Shown here: piece after piece, positions 47,840 to 59,991 of the stretch
How the letters are laid out: each line of letters begins with the position of its first letter
Numbering within the stretch: position 1 is the first letter of the stretch
Virus record (IMG/VR): IMGVR_UViG_3300032007_000073
Coordinates: 8,402 to 72,401 of that record
Length of the DNA: 64,000 nt
Direction: 5' to 3' (one strand)
Source: a virus
Taxonomy: Duplodnaviria > Caudoviricetes
Notes under the pieces: model-generated
What the model was told of the DNA's origin: nothing
Seen by the model: the letters and a program-made list of their open reading frames with translations, nothing else
Databases searched by the model: none
Position numbers and translations under genes: made by a program

Positions 47840-48916
47840 ATGAAACTTACAAAAGAACAAATCTTAAGTGGAGAATTTAAGGACGTATATGGTAATGTTG
47901 TAAAGTTGAATGAAGCTGAAATTTTAATGGCAAAACAGTCTCAACAGGCTTTAGATTTGGCATTAAAAGTAAATGCTGCACAAACAGGTCTTGGAGCAGA
48001 AATGGATATAACAACTTTAACAGTTTTGTTAAAAACCATTTCTCAACAGAAATTCTATCAAGTAAATCTTGAAGATTATTTGCCTGAAGAAATAGATGGT
48101 GGTTGGGCAAAACAATTGCTCCAAGTGAGAGAGTACTTGACATCTGATATCGATGAAGGATGGCAAGAAAACAATGTTGCTCAAGCTAAGATACCTGTTG
48201 CAGAAGCAGTTGTTGACGGAAGATACATTCCGGTTGTAACTTGGTTGAAAAAGATTCAATTCACAATCGAAGAATTGAAACAAGCAGCATTGATAAACAA
48301 CTACTCTTTGATAGCAGGTAAAGAAAGAAGTAGAAAAAAATCTTTCGATTTGGGATTACAGAAAATTGCTTTCTTGGGTAACAAAATCGTTAAAGGTCTT
48401 TTGAACCAAGACGATGTTACAATCGATACGACTACAATACCTAAATCATTGAAAGAAATGAGCTTCAATGAAATCAACGTATTTGTAGCAGATGTAATCG
48501 AAAAATACAGAGCAAATTGTAACAGAACTGAGTATCCGAATGTATTTATGATTCCTGAATCAGATTACAACGGATTGGCATCTCAAGTTTCTCCTCAATT
48601 CCCTGTAAAGAACAAATTGATGTTGATTAAAGAAGCCTTTGATACAATAGCAAGAAAACCTGTTGCAATTCTTCCTTGTGTATATTCTGACGAAGGATAT
48701 AACAACTTAGGATTGACCAGATATGCTTTGTATAACAAAGATATCGACTCTATCAAACTTGTAAAAGCAATTGATTATACTCCTACAATGTTCAATAACA
48801 TTGATGGATGGAACTTAGTTAATACAGCTTTCGCAAGGGTTGGTGGTGTATTCGTAAACAGACCACAAGAAGTATTGTATTTTGACAGAACCGAAGAAAG
48901 CTCGAGTTCTATATAA
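47840..48916 (+). CDS. Major capsid protein (DUF2184 / HK97 fold)
   Basis: 358 aa; 'FTIEELKQA', 'QKIAFLGN...GLLNQ', 'ARVGGVFVNRP' motifs; highly biased codon usage. Confidence 0.88.
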   Translation: MKLTKEQILSGEFKDVYGNVVKLNEAEILMAKQSQQALDLALKVNAAQTGLGAEMDITTLTVLLKTISQQKFYQVNLEDYLPEEIDGGWAKQLLQVREYLTSDIDEGWQENNVAQAKIPVAEAVVDGRYIPVVTWLKKIQFTIEELKQAALINNYSLIAGKERSRKKSFDLGLQKIAFLGNKIVKGLLNQDDVTIDTTTIPKSLKEMSFNEINVFVADVIEKYRANCNRTEYPNVFMIPESDYNGLASQVSPQFPVKNKLMLIKEAFDTIARKPVAILPCVYSDEGYNNLGLTRYALYNKDIDSIKLVKAIDYTPTMFNNIDGWNLVNTAFARVGGVFVNRPQEVLYFDRTEESSSSI

Positions 48917-48930
48917 TCTCTTAAGAGAAC

Positions 48931-48965
48931 AGTAAGGGAGGGAGATGCCCTCCCCCTCCCTTACT
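48931..48965 (+). terminator. GC-rich hairpin after the major capsid gene
   Basis: AGTAAGGGAG/CTCCCTTACT stem; weak U-tract. Confidence 0.55.
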
Positions 48966-48978
48966 TATTGGAGAAGAT

Positions 48979-49224
48979 ATGAAAATTTTAAATACAAGTT
49001 CGGCAAATTTTATAGTTAAGGATAAAAGAGGAAATACTGTAATCTTAGAACCTAATATGACGGTAGAAATTACCGAACAAGTAGGCAAAAAGGTTACAAG
49101 ATATCCTTTTATAAAAGTATTGCAAGAACCGAAAAAAGAGACTAAAATTGAAGTAAAAGAAGAAGTTAAAGAAGAAAAAGTAGAAGAAGTTTCACGTGAA
49201 ACAAAGAAGAAAAGGAAAAAATAA
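48979..49224 (+). CDS. Small head-associated protein
   Basis: 81 aa with a K/E-rich tail containing VSRET. Confidence 0.6.
   Translation: MKILNTSSANFIVKDKRGNTVILEPNMTVEITEQVGKKVTRYPFIKVLQEPKKETKIEVKEEVKEEKVEEVSRETKKKRKK
49188..49203. promoter_or_regulatory. parS: parS site, 15/16 (AGTTTCACGTGAAACA)
   Basis: One mismatch, at the outer base; encodes VSRET. Confidence 0.7.
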
Positions 49225-49652
49225 TGGATTTTCCAATAACAATTGCAGAGTTTAAAACATTTTTCGCCAAAGATTTTGAGTATGGCTCAGAACCTGAACA
49301 AGTGTCCGATGCCGATATATCAAGAGCTATGACAGAAGCAAGTATGAACTTTAACGGAGATATGTTTGATACAGAGGACGAAAGAAAGCTCATATTTTCT
49401 TATTTAGTAGCTTATTATTTGGTTGTAGATATAAACAATGCAAATACACAAGGAGCTTCAAATAATGGTGGATTGGTAACTTACAGACAAGTTAGAAATG
49501 TGTCTGAAAGTTTCAAAGTTCCTAAATGGGTTGAAGAAAACCCTATGATTTCAATGTTTGCACAAAACGGATATGGATTAAAATATATAACAATGGTATA
49601 TCCTTATTTGATAGGTCGTGTTGGGATAGCACCGGGAAGGACTTTACCGTAA
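49224..49652 (+). CDS. Head-tail adaptor (DUF4054)
   Basis: 'EFKTFF..DF', 'YLVAYYL', 'VSESF', 'QNGYGLKY'. Confidence 0.8.
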   Translation: MDFPITIAEFKTFFAKDFEYGSEPEQVSDADISRAMTEASMNFNGDMFDTEDERKLIFSYLVAYYLVVDINNANTQGASNNGGLVTYRQVRNVSESFKVPKWVEENPMISMFAQNGYGLKYITMVYPYLIGRVGIAPGRTLP

Positions 49653-51066
49653 TGGGAAAAAGTAGAGTTACTTTTAGCTCAAGTCCAAAAAGTTTTTTTA
49701 AAGCGTTTTTGCCGAAAAAAGGAAATATTGAATTTTTTGTTGAGGATACTCCTCACGTGTATGTTGAAGGAAAATCAGGAAAGCCTGTTGTAAGTTCTTT
49801 GTCAACAAAACAGATAGGAGCTATTCACGAATACGGATTAGGAGGTATGCCAAAAAGAAGTTTTATTGAAATGCCTCTTAAATCAAAACTACCTGAAATC
49901 TTTAGATGGATAAATTTTTATTCACATACCTATAAATCTCTTGAAGAGTTGTTTGAAAGAATAGCACAAATGGCTTATGATGAGATAATGTTAGCTTTTG
50001 AAACAAACGGATATGGAAAATGGAAAAAATTGTCTCCTCTTTATAAAAAGATTACAGGAAGAACAGAACCAGCTCTTACAGATACAGGAATATTAAAAGA
50101 TTCTATAAATTGTAATTACAAAGTAAACAAAACAGGAACAATGGGAAGGATAGGAATATCTCCATTGACAAGAAGAACAAGGGGAAAATAAGTGTTACCA
50201 AACCTTTCAGGACCAGTTAAAGCATATTTACAGAAGATAACTTTTGATTTAGTTTCTAAATCGATTGTTGATTATGAAGAAAAAGAGACAAGAACGACAA
50301 TAACAACAAGAGGTGTAAGACAACCGATTGACCCTCAAAAACTTCAAATCACAAAAGAAGGTCAAAGGGCTTGGAAATATGAGTGCCTCCATCTTCTTCC
50401 TAAACCACAAATAAAGATAGACGATGTAGTAATTTTTAATGGTGTTCAATATAGAGTAATCGAGAAATACGATTGTACAGAGTACGGATATATAGAATAT
50501 ATAATAGCACAGACTTTTGAAGAAAATAACGGTTCTTCGGAGAGTAATTAATGGATGTTTTAAAGATTGTTTGCGATATTATCAAGAATCAATTAGGTTT
50601 ACAAAACGACCAAATTTGGTTATACAATCAAAAGGTTGATATTCCAAATGACGGGAGAATGTATGTTGTTGTCTCTGTTGATAATGAAGATGTTTTTGGT
50701 TCGAATATAGAAAAAAGAGAAGTTGATACAGGGGAAGAAGCAGATACTTGGATGAACATTAAAACAAACATCTCTATAAATACTTTTTCTTATGGAAACG
50801 ATTGTTTGGAAAAAAGATATGATATAATATCTGCAATAAGAAGTGTTTATAGCATACAACAACAAGAGAAATATCATATGCAAATATCGAGAGTTCCGAG
50901 AATATTTATGGATGCAAGTTTTGCAACTCCGACTGCAAGATTATTTTCTTATCATTACGAGTATTCTATATTGCACATTGAAAAAAGAACTCATAAGGTT
51001 GATTATTTTGACGATTTCAGTAGAGCCGATATGAGTGATACTAATAATTTAAAAATAGATAAATAA
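49652..51066 (+). CDS. Neck genes: tail completion-like (49652-50191), head closure (50192-50551), tail terminator (50551-51066)
   Basis: 'IGAIHEYG..GMPKRSF', 'L.DTG.LK.SI'; synteny with DUF4054/DUF3383 myoviruses. Confidence 0.7.
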
Positions 51067-51077
51067 GGAGATTAAAA

Positions 51078-52247
51078 ATGGGTAATGAATTAAGTTTGTC
51101 AAATGTAATAAATGTTACTTTAGTTCCTTCGCCAACAGGATTAAAAGAATTTAAAACTGCTAATTTGTTATTGTATAGTACAGAAGTTCCGATAGTTGAT
51201 TTTGGAACAGATAAGTTCAGATTGTACTATTCCGCTGCTAATGTAGCAAACGATTTCGGTGTAAACTCTTTAACTTACAAGATGGCTTTAGGAGTATTTT
51301 CTCAAGCTCCAAACATTTTGAGCAATTCAGGAGTATTGATAATCGCTCTTAAAGAAGGAAACGAAAGTCAAGTAGAGGCTTTTAACAGATTAAAAGGATT
51401 GACTCTTTTCTGTGGTTGGATGACAACGGATACAATTTCTAATGATTTAGCAGCAATAGATGTAAGCGAAAGTTCAGGAGATTCTGTTGAAGTTGCTTCG
51501 TTATCTGCAGCCGTAAATGCAGAAAATAACAAGATTCAATTTGTTGTTTCCAATATTGATAGTGATGTTCAAGGTGTATTTAAAGATATAAAGGATATGT
51601 CTTTTTCAAAAACAAGATGTATTTTTTATGGTGGAACAGAAACAGAGGCTAAAGTTATGATGGCATCTTATGCTTCAAGAGCTATGTCAACGATATTTGA
51701 AGGTTCAAGAACTACTCAAACAATGCACTTAAAGACATTGACAGGTATATTGCCTGACCCGATAATGTACGAAACTTTGTTTGGAAAATGTAAAGAAAAC
51801 GGTGTAGATTCTTATGTTTCAATTGAAGGTGTACCTTGTGTTTTCTCTAACGGAGCAAATGGTTTCTTCGATGAAGTATTTAATGAAATATGGTTCGTAA
51901 ATGCTATACAAGTAGCAGGATTTAATGCTTTAAAAAAGACAGGAACAAAGATAACTCAGACAGAAGAAGGTATGACAACCTTGAAATCTTATTATTCTTC
52001 TGTTTGTGGCAGAGCCGTAACTAACGGATTTATTGCTCCTGGAGAATGGACTTTACCTGATACTTTTGGAAATCCTGAAACATTTAAAGCAAATATTTCA
52101 AAATTGGGATATTATATTTATTCTTTACCTGTAGCACAACAGTCTCAAGCAGATAGAGAAGAAAGAAAAGCTCCATTAGTACAGATAGCAATAAAAGCTG
52201 CTGGTGCAATACATTCTTCCAACATAACAATTAATATAAATTTATAG
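51078..52247 (+). CDS. Contractile tail sheath (DUF3383)
   Basis: 'LSLSNVINV', 'TMHLKTLTG', 'TKITQTEEG', 'R.ERKAP.VQIAIKAAGAIHS'. Confidence 0.88.
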   Translation: MGNELSLSNVINVTLVPSPTGLKEFKTANLLLYSTEVPIVDFGTDKFRLYYSAANVANDFGVNSLTYKMALGVFSQAPNILSNSGVLIIALKEGNESQVEAFNRLKGLTLFCGWMTTDTISNDLAAIDVSESSGDSVEVASLSAAVNAENNKIQFVVSNIDSDVQGVFKDIKDMSFSKTRCIFYGGTETEAKVMMASYASRAMSTIFEGSRTTQTMHLKTLTGILPDPIMYETLFGKCKENGVDSYVSIEGVPCVFSNGANGFFDEVFNEIWFVNAIQVAGFNALKKTGTKITQTEEGMTTLKSYYSSVCGRAVTNGFIAPGEWTLPDTFGNPETFKANISKLGYYIYSLPVAQQSQADREERKAPLVQIAIKAAGAIHSSNITININL

Positions 52248-52257
52248 GAGGTTTAAT

Positions 52258-52728
52258 ATGCAATTTTCAATAACTGGCGATGACCAATTTATTTTTCAAG
52301 GTTTAAGTGGAGTAGATAACATATCAAACGATTTGGCAGACGGAGATATTGGAGTTTTAACCGTTCCTAATAATTTGATAAACTTGGCAGTAGGTAAAAA
52401 CAAAAATGCGATATATGCTTTGGATGAAAGTGGGAGACAATTTGAATTAGAATTGAGAGTTTTAAAAGGTTCTAATACAGATGCTGCCTTTGTAGATAAA
52501 GTAAATTCTTATCTTGGTGGTAACTTTGCAGGATTGACTTTCTTAACAGGGTCAGTAACAAAAATGCTTGGAGACGGTCAAGGCAATCTTAAGAAATGGG
52601 TTGTTCAATTAAGTGGTGGTGTTGTAAGAAAGTTACCTGAAACAAGAACTAATGTAAATGGAGATACGGAACAGTCTGTCTCTATATATACAATAGTTGG
52701 TGTTATAGATAGTTTATCGATAGAGTAA
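52258..52728 (+). CDS. Tail tube protein
   Basis: 156 aa, directly after the sheath gene. Confidence 0.75.
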   Translation: MQFSITGDDQFIFQGLSGVDNISNDLADGDIGVLTVPNNLINLAVGKNKNAIYALDESGRQFELELRVLKGSNTDAAFVDKVNSYLGGNFAGLTFLTGSVTKMLGDGQGNLKKWVVQLSGGVVRKLPETRTNVNGDTEQSVSIYTIVGVIDSLSIE

Positions 52729-52745
52729 AATAATAGGAGGGCAAA

Positions 52746-53296
52746 ATGGAAGTATTTAAAAGTGTAGAAGAAGTAGATATTCAAGGACATAAATTAGAAG
52801 TTCATTTAGGAACTTTTATTGAAAGTGAAAAATTGTTCACGGAAGTTATTAAGTGTTACAAAGAGGGCAAAGAAGGAGTTGAGCTTCTTACGGTAGATAG
52901 TGTAAAAGAAGCTCTTTTACCTTTGTTAAAGAAAAGTTTTTTTGATAACCAAGAAATAAAAGATTGGTCTTTTTTTAATGATATTAAAATGAGGGGATTT
53001 TATGTTCCTATAAGTTTAAAAGTATTGGACCTGAATACTGCCCCTTTTATGACAAGTCCTTTGTAATTCTTAAATCAAGTTTTATAAAGGACGATGATTC
53101 TTACAGTCCAAAAATAGAAGTTAGAGATACGGTAGCTTTAGCAATATTCAGAATAGTAAAATTAGGATATGGAACATTAGAGCAAGTAAAAAAGTTTACT
53201 GCAAGAGAAGTGATACAAATATTGAAGTACGAAGATTTTATATCAAACTATGAAAGAATAGTAGTAGAAAGACAAAAAAACGATTATAGAGGTTAA
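52746..53296 (+). CDS. Tail assembly chaperone (52746-53066) with a predicted -1 frameshift extension to 53296
   Basis: Slippery heptamer C CCT TTT at 53042-53048; the -1 frame stays open to TAA 53294-96 and has no ATG of its own. Confidence 0.7.
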
Positions 53297-53298
53297 AA

Positions 53299-54639
53299 AT
53301 GGGTCCTGAAGTAAAAGGCAAGATAGCAATAGATGCAGATTTCTCACAAGCCGAAAAAAGATTAGCAGACTTTGTTCGTGCGATAGAGAGAAATGCAAAA
53401 TTAAAAAAATCTTCTATAAACAGAATGACCCAGCCTTTACTTAAAGATATTTTTGATAAATGGCAAAGGCACAAAACATACGATTCTAATTATAGAGAAT
53501 ATTTAAAAGAAAGAACAAAGTCGTATCTTACAAGCAAAGCTCGTATGGGAGCTTTTGGAGAAGAATATAAAAATCTTTCTAAAGAAGCAAAGCAAACATT
53601 TATAGAAAATATGTTAAAAGATTTTTTGCCTTATATGTCAAAGACTATTAAAGAAGAAGGATTAGAAAGAAAAAGACAAAAAATACAACTTAAAAGAGAC
53701 CAAGAAGAAAGAGCAAGAAAATTTATGAGTGAAGAAAAATGGAACACAAAAATGAATCTTCTTCACGATAAAGCTCTTAAAGAAAACAAAGCCTTCGATG
53801 AAAAGAAAAAGAAATTAGAACTTAAAGAACAACAAAAAGAGTTCAAAGAAAAAGAAAAAAATCGTAAGAAATTGTTTAATGCTTTGCTTTTTAAATGGGG
53901 AAAACTTGGTATAGCTGGTATGATAGCAGGTCAAGCTATCAGATATATTTCGAAAGGTGTTGGTTTAGCAAATTCAGTTGCACAAACTTCTTTAGGATAT
54001 GAAAGAACAATTGAAGGAGGAGCTTCTGAAGGTGGTTTTTTTGGTGGTAGCTTAGCTGCGATGCAAAGAGCTGGTATTTCTGCTCAAACTTATGGAAGTT
54101 GGAAAAGAAGTATGCTTGGCAAAGTTGGAGCTATCAAACTCGGTATGGGAAATGCTGCTCCGTTTGCGATGTTAGGTGTAAGTGCTTTAGACAAAATGGA
54201 CGATATAGAACTTGAAATCGAGAAAAGACTACAAAGACTTCCTGCGGAAACTTCTTGGGCTTTAGGTAGCCAAATGGGATTATCTTATGATTTGTGGGCT
54301 GCTATGTATAGAGGCGAAATAGATAGAACAAAACCTGGTTATGATGAAGATGCAATAAAGGCTTGGGCAGAAGCCGCTAAAAATATAAACGAATTTATTA
54401 CAGCCATAAAAGTTCCAATGTATAATGTACTTGGATACTTAGCAAAAATGTTGACAACAAAAGAAGGATGGGCTGGACTTGCGACAGGAGGATTAGGTTC
54501 AAGTATGTATTTGCCAGGCTCATCTGCACAAAGAGCTATTGAAATGCTTATAAAGATAGATAATGAAGGAAAAGCTAAAGTTGAAACAAATAATATTGAA
54601 AATGAAAATATAAGAACTTTTATTGAACTTAATCAATAG
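53299..54639 (+). CDS. Tape measure protein (short, 446 aa)
   Basis: Follows the chaperone; helical, with G/A-rich hydrophobic stretches. Confidence 0.75.
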   Translation: MGPEVKGKIAIDADFSQAEKRLADFVRAIERNAKLKKSSINRMTQPLLKDIFDKWQRHKTYDSNYREYLKERTKSYLTSKARMGAFGEEYKNLSKEAKQTFIENMLKDFLPYMSKTIKEEGLERKRQKIQLKRDQEERARKFMSEEKWNTKMNLLHDKALKENKAFDEKKKKLELKEQQKEFKEKEKNRKKLFNALLFKWGKLGIAGMIAGQAIRYISKGVGLANSVAQTSLGYERTIEGGASEGGFFGGSLAAMQRAGISAQTYGSWKRSMLGKVGAIKLGMGNAAPFAMLGVSALDKMDDIELEIEKRLQRLPAETSWALGSQMGLSYDLWAAMYRGEIDRTKPGYDEDAIKAWAEAAKNINEFITAIKVPMYNVLGYLAKMLTTKEGWAGLATGGLGSSMYLPGSSAQRAIEMLIKIDNEGKAKVETNNIENENIRTFIELNQ

Positions 54640-54647
54640 GAGAAAAT

Positions 54648-57157
54648 ATGGACTTAAGTCAATTAAAACTAAACTCTAAAATAGATGTTAATCAAAAGAT
54701 TGGTAATTGGAATCTTGGAACTATTAACCAAATAACAGGATTGGCGAACAATGCTATAAGTTCCTTACAAGCACTTATATTCCCGCAAGAAGGATATAAT
54801 GAAGATATAAATCCTACTGACGAAACAATAGTAGGTATAACTGCAAATCTAAAAGAAGGTGGAAATAAGGGCTTTATTTTTGATTTAAAAGAAGATTACA
54901 GAATTAATCTTACTTCCGATATAACAGACCATTATGTAGAAGAAAATATAGCAATTCAAGACCATATAGCTTTAAAACCTATAATACTTGAAGTCTCAGG
55001 AAAGATATCCGAAAAAACACTCATAACTCCTTATGATGAAGAAGAGAATACAGATTCTATACAAAAGGCTTTTAATAAGGTAAACTCTTATTATAATAGA
55101 ATGGGGTCGTTATCAACCTTCGTTCCAAACATAATGAACCAAGCTAAAGATATATTAAATACGGCTCAAAGTGCTTATAACACATATAAGAGTTTGTCGA
55201 ATTTTATAAAATCTTCAAAGGGAGACGATAAACCTCAAACAAGACAATCTAAAATCGTTTCTATGTTTAGAGACTATTGGATGAACAGAACACAGTTTAC
55301 GATAGTTACTCCTTTTTGTATTTTAGATAGTATGTATATATTAGATTTCTCTGCTAACCAACCTAAGAACACAAAGTATGTTACAGAGATAAAAATAAAA
55401 TTCAAACATTTAAGAAAAGCAGAAGTTAAATACACATATACAAAAGTTAAATGTCAAGGATTAGCAATAGAAGAGAATAAGAAACAAGTTACCGAGTTGC
55501 CTCCTGAAATAGTAGGACAATCTGCATTTCCTCCGATAGCAACAGAAGAAAAGATGGCAGGAGATTTTGTTAAACAAACTCTTAATGTAGTAAAACAATC
55601 TGTAATTACGACAGAAGAGAAGGTTTCTTCGATATTTAAAAGTTTACAATCTTCTCCTGTTTCAAAGATTACAGAAGTTACGAATATCGCAAATACTGAT
55701 ACTTTGTATAATACACAGACTCTTATGAATAATACAAGCCTTTTACCTAAAAACATACAAATGGGTATAGGTTTTTAAGGAGTTTTTATGCAACAGATAG
55801 AATTGACAGAACAAGGAACATACAATATAATAAACTCAAAACAAGAGAACTATCAATTGGTATTTAATTATAACCAAGCAGTACAAGGATGGTTTTTAGA
55901 TTTAGTTTCGGAAAACTTTAAGATATACGGAATAAGAGTTACAAGTGTTCCGAATATATTGAAACAATGGTCTGATAAAATAGGTTTTGGAGTCGCCGTA
56001 AAGTGCGAACAAGATAGTGAACCTATGTTTTTTGAAGATTTTACTACTAAAAGAGCAAGAGTATATTTGTTAGAGCCAGACGATTTAATTACACAAAAGG
56101 TATTATGGAAAAATATAAATTTAATAGACAATATTTAATTTCTATACAGTTTGGAGAACATCCCGTAACAAAGCAAAAAACACTTGCTAACGGAGAAACT
56201 ATCGATGCTATTGAATTTATAGAGGGTACTCACGAACTTATTATAAGACCTCAGTTTACGATAAATTTAACAATTGACAGAAGTATATATGCTACTACAA
56301 ATAAAATGAGTTTGGATATATATAATTTGTCTAAAGATACGAGGCATAATATATACTACGATGCTATATTACACGGAGCAGTATATAAGAAAATAATTAT
56401 ATATGCAGGGTATAGTGAAGAAGATTCTACTAAGTATGATAAAAAAATACTCACAGGAAAGAATATAGAGAAAACTATAAACGGTATGCCTTTAGTTTTT
56501 TACGGAAGGATACAAAGAGCTTACTCGTATAGACAAGGCACTAATATGATTACTCATATTGAGGCTTTTGATTTGCCTGAAAAAAATGAAGTTGATTTGT
56601 CAACCGAATTTAAAGCAGGAACAACTGAAAAAGAAGTCTTTAAAAGATTAGCCAAAGATATGGGAATAAACGAAGAAAACTTAAAAATAAGTAAAGATTT
56701 TAAATTTAAGTTTACAAGAGATAAATCTTTTACAAAAAAAAGTACTTGGGATGTTGTGAATGATATAGTTAAATCAATGAATGATTTAATTAAACAACAA
56801 CAGAATGACAATGCTCCTTTATATAGAATGTATTTTGATTATCCTGATTTATGTGTATTGAAAGATAACGAATATATTAAAAGTAAAGATATAACTATAA
56901 CCTCTAAAACAGGTCTTTTAAGTACTCCGATAAGACAATGGGCTACTGTAAAGTTTGTTTCTTTATTTGAGCCTTCTTTTAGATGTGGAGGAAGTATTTA
57001 TTTAGATTCGAGAACTACTGAGTATGGTATAGGTGGAAGATTAAAAGTTGTAGGATTTAAGCATAGTGGAACAATATCTCCTGCCGTATGTGATACTTTA
57101 AGAACTGAATTTACTTGTTTTATGGGAATAGATAAATTGGTGGCAATAAATGATTGA
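54648..57157 (+). CDS. Baseplate centre genes: Dit-like (54648-55778), plug (55788-56138), hub (56105-57157)
   Basis: 'SDITDHYVEEN..IQDHI..KP'; 'GWFLDL'; hub with 'GLLSTP' and 'F.CGG'; conserved order. Confidence 0.72.
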
Positions 57158-57746
57158 TTATGAAACTATGGGAAATATCAACCAAAAGAATGTTCTTGAA
57201 AGAAATAAAGCAAATCTTTTAAAGAGCTTCAATTGTGTTAAGGTTGGAAAGATAAAGGCTTTCTATGCAAACAAACAAACTGCCGATATTAAGATAGACA
57301 ATTATCCTTTATTGTCAGGAGTACCTGTAAGTTTTATAAGTGGAGCAAACTTCAGTATTCAAGTTCCTATACAAGAAGGAGATGACTGTATAGTTTTGTT
57401 TTGTGATGGAGACCTTGATAATTGGGTTGAGGGAAAAGGTTATAAACCTGCTTTTTCTCAAGATATGCACGGATTAAATGGTGCGGTAGCTCTTCTTGGA
57501 ATAAAGAACATCTTGACAAAAATCGATAATTATATTACAAATGGAGTAAGAATTAAATATAAAAATAGTGAGATTGAACTTAGCGATAGTGGTATTGTTA
57601 TAAATGGGAATGTTACAGTAAACGGAACGATTAAATCTTCAGGAGAAATAACAGGAACAGGAGAAGCAGGAGAGATAAAACTTACACAACATACTCACGG
57701 TGGAGTTACGAGTGGAAGCAGTAACACATCTGTTCCTAATCCGTAG
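57150..57746 (+). CDS. Baseplate spike (Gp138/gpV-like)
   Basis: 'VPVSF..G', 'GDDCIVLFCD.DLDNW', 'MHGLNGAVAL', and terminal 'LTQHTHGGV.SG' HxH tip. Confidence 0.85.
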   Translation: MIDYETMGNINQKNVLERNKANLLKSFNCVKVGKIKAFYANKQTADIKIDNYPLLSGVPVSFISGANFSIQVPIQEGDDCIVLFCDGDLDNWVEGKGYKPAFSQDMHGLNGAVALLGIKNILTKIDNYITNGVRIKYKNSEIELSDSGIVINGNVTVNGTIKSSGEITGTGEAGEIKLTQHTHGGVTSGSSNTSVPNP

Positions 57747-57755
57747 GAGTAAAAA

Positions 57756-59979
57756 ATGTTTGTAAAAATGAGAAATATAGACAAAAATGGCGATTGGTGT
57801 TTTGGAAACAATCTTCAAGATTATGGAGATAATTTAGTTTCTACAATCAACAATATAAAGACAAGATTAAAGTCTATTAAATATGATTGTTTCTTTGATT
57901 TGACCGCTGGTATAGATTGGTTTAATATTCTTGGTAACAGAGGACAATATACTAAGGATATAGTAGAAATAAATGTTAGACTTTGTATTTTGCAATCTTT
58001 GTATGTAAAAGAAATAATAAGTTTGAATATAATAGAAAATGAAGATAGAAGTTTGATTTTAGAATATACAGTAGATACGATTTTTGGTACAATAACAGAT
58101 AGTACGGAAGTAGGGGGATAATAATGCCAAACATATTAGATTCTAACGGATTGCAAGTAAATAGTGTAACAGAGTTATTAAACAATTTAATAAATTCGTT
58201 TAACACAATTTATGGAGCAAATATTAATTTAGACCAAAATACTCCTGATGCACAATTGATAAATGTAATTTCTCAATTAATGGTTAGTTATGGAGAGTTG
58301 CTTCAAGATATAAATGCTTCTTTTGACCCGGACCAAGCAGTAGGAGTTATATTAGACCAAAGAGTTAAACTTAACGGAATAACAAGAAAACAAGGCACTA
58401 AAACGATTACAAATATAAAGGTAACTTTTAACGGTTCGGCGGTTTTAAAAGGTCAAGACCTTTATCCGATAGAAGAATGTTTTAAAGTTTCTGATAACTC
58501 AGGAAATGCTCTTGTTCCGGTAACAACAACTTCAGGAGTAGATGGAAACGAATTGACTATACCTTTTGTTGCTATAAATTACGGTGCATTAAATTTTACA
58601 GAAGGAACAATTACAAATATAGATACTCCAATTGCAGGAGTTGAAAGTGTAACCAATGAAGCAACTTTGACTGAAAATATAGGAACAGATGAAGAAAGTG
58701 ATTCTTCTTTGAGAATAAGAAGAACTGCATCGGCAGAGCAAATTGGGAATTTTGGAACGATTGAAACATTAAAGCAAGCATTATACAATATTTCTCCTGA
58801 TATACAATATGTTGGAGTTGAAGAAAATAAAGGAAACTCTGAAGATGTTAATCAAATACCTGCTCACGGAATTTGGATAGTAATTAAAAATGCAGTATCA
58901 GACGGAGAAACAAATAAGAAGATAGCAGAAACTATATTGTATTATAGAATAGCAGGAACTCCAATGAGACATTTAGGAGACAGTTCTTCAAGCTCAGGAG
59001 AAGAGATAACTGAAATTTCTTATTCTCTTCAAAGACCTGACGAAGATAATTTCGTAGCATATTGGACTTTAGCAAAAGAAAAACCTATATATTGTAGAGT
59101 AACTTGTTTTATATTGGACGAAACTTTGAATCAAGGTTTAATTAAATCAATTATAAGTGATAATACAAAACCTCAAGTAAAACAAACTTTGAGTGTTACT
59201 TCTATAATGAAAGCATTATCAGATGGAGTTGAGAATATAGTTATTACTTCTTTAGAGATATCGGAAGATAATTCTAATTGGATAACATTTATAAACCCAA
59301 ATCCTGACGAATTTATAAGAATACCTGTGGCAAATATCACAGTAACGGAGTATAATCAATAATGGAAAATTTAAAAAAATATTTTACCAACTTGTTGATA
59401 TTACAATATAAAAACAAACCGAAAGCTAAAGCTACAATTGAGGCTTTAGTTACGGCAATGTTTTCAGATACTAACGGAAATATATTTCCAACACAAATAC
59501 AAAATGCTTATAATTTAGATACTGCTATTGGAAAACAATTAGATGTTATAGGAAAATATGTTGGTTACGACAGAGTTCTTCCTATACCAATTGATAACAC
59601 TTTTAAATATGCAGAATACGATGGAAGTATTAACCCGTCTGAAGGGTATAGCGAATATACAGAATCTAAAAAGACTTATCCGTATGCAGAGTATAGATAT
59701 TCAAGTTATCAATATTACAACATTTCTGATGAAACATATAGAAAGATATTAAAAATGATTATCTCTCTTAAGAACAAACCTCTTTCGTTAGGTTTTATAG
59801 ACCAAGCTCTTTCTGTTTTTGATAATAAGATATATGTAGTTGAAAATGATAAAAACTTAGAGTATCATATAAGTAGTGATTTATATGAGGTTTCAAATAA
59901 CCAAGATATCTTAAATGTTTTTTTTAATAAATATTTCCCAAGACCTATGGGATGTTCTTTAACGGTCGTAAGGGATTAA
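57756..59979 (+). CDS. Baseplate wedge genes: gp25-like (57756-58121), baseplate J-like (58124-59362), DUF2612 (59362-59979)
   Basis: 'RN.DKNGDW.FG'; 'DPDQAVG..LD...KLNGITRK', 'ESDSSLR.RR'; 'LILQYKNKPKAKATI...AIGKQLD.IG'. Confidence 0.82.
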
Positions 59980-59991
59980 AAGGAGTAAAAT

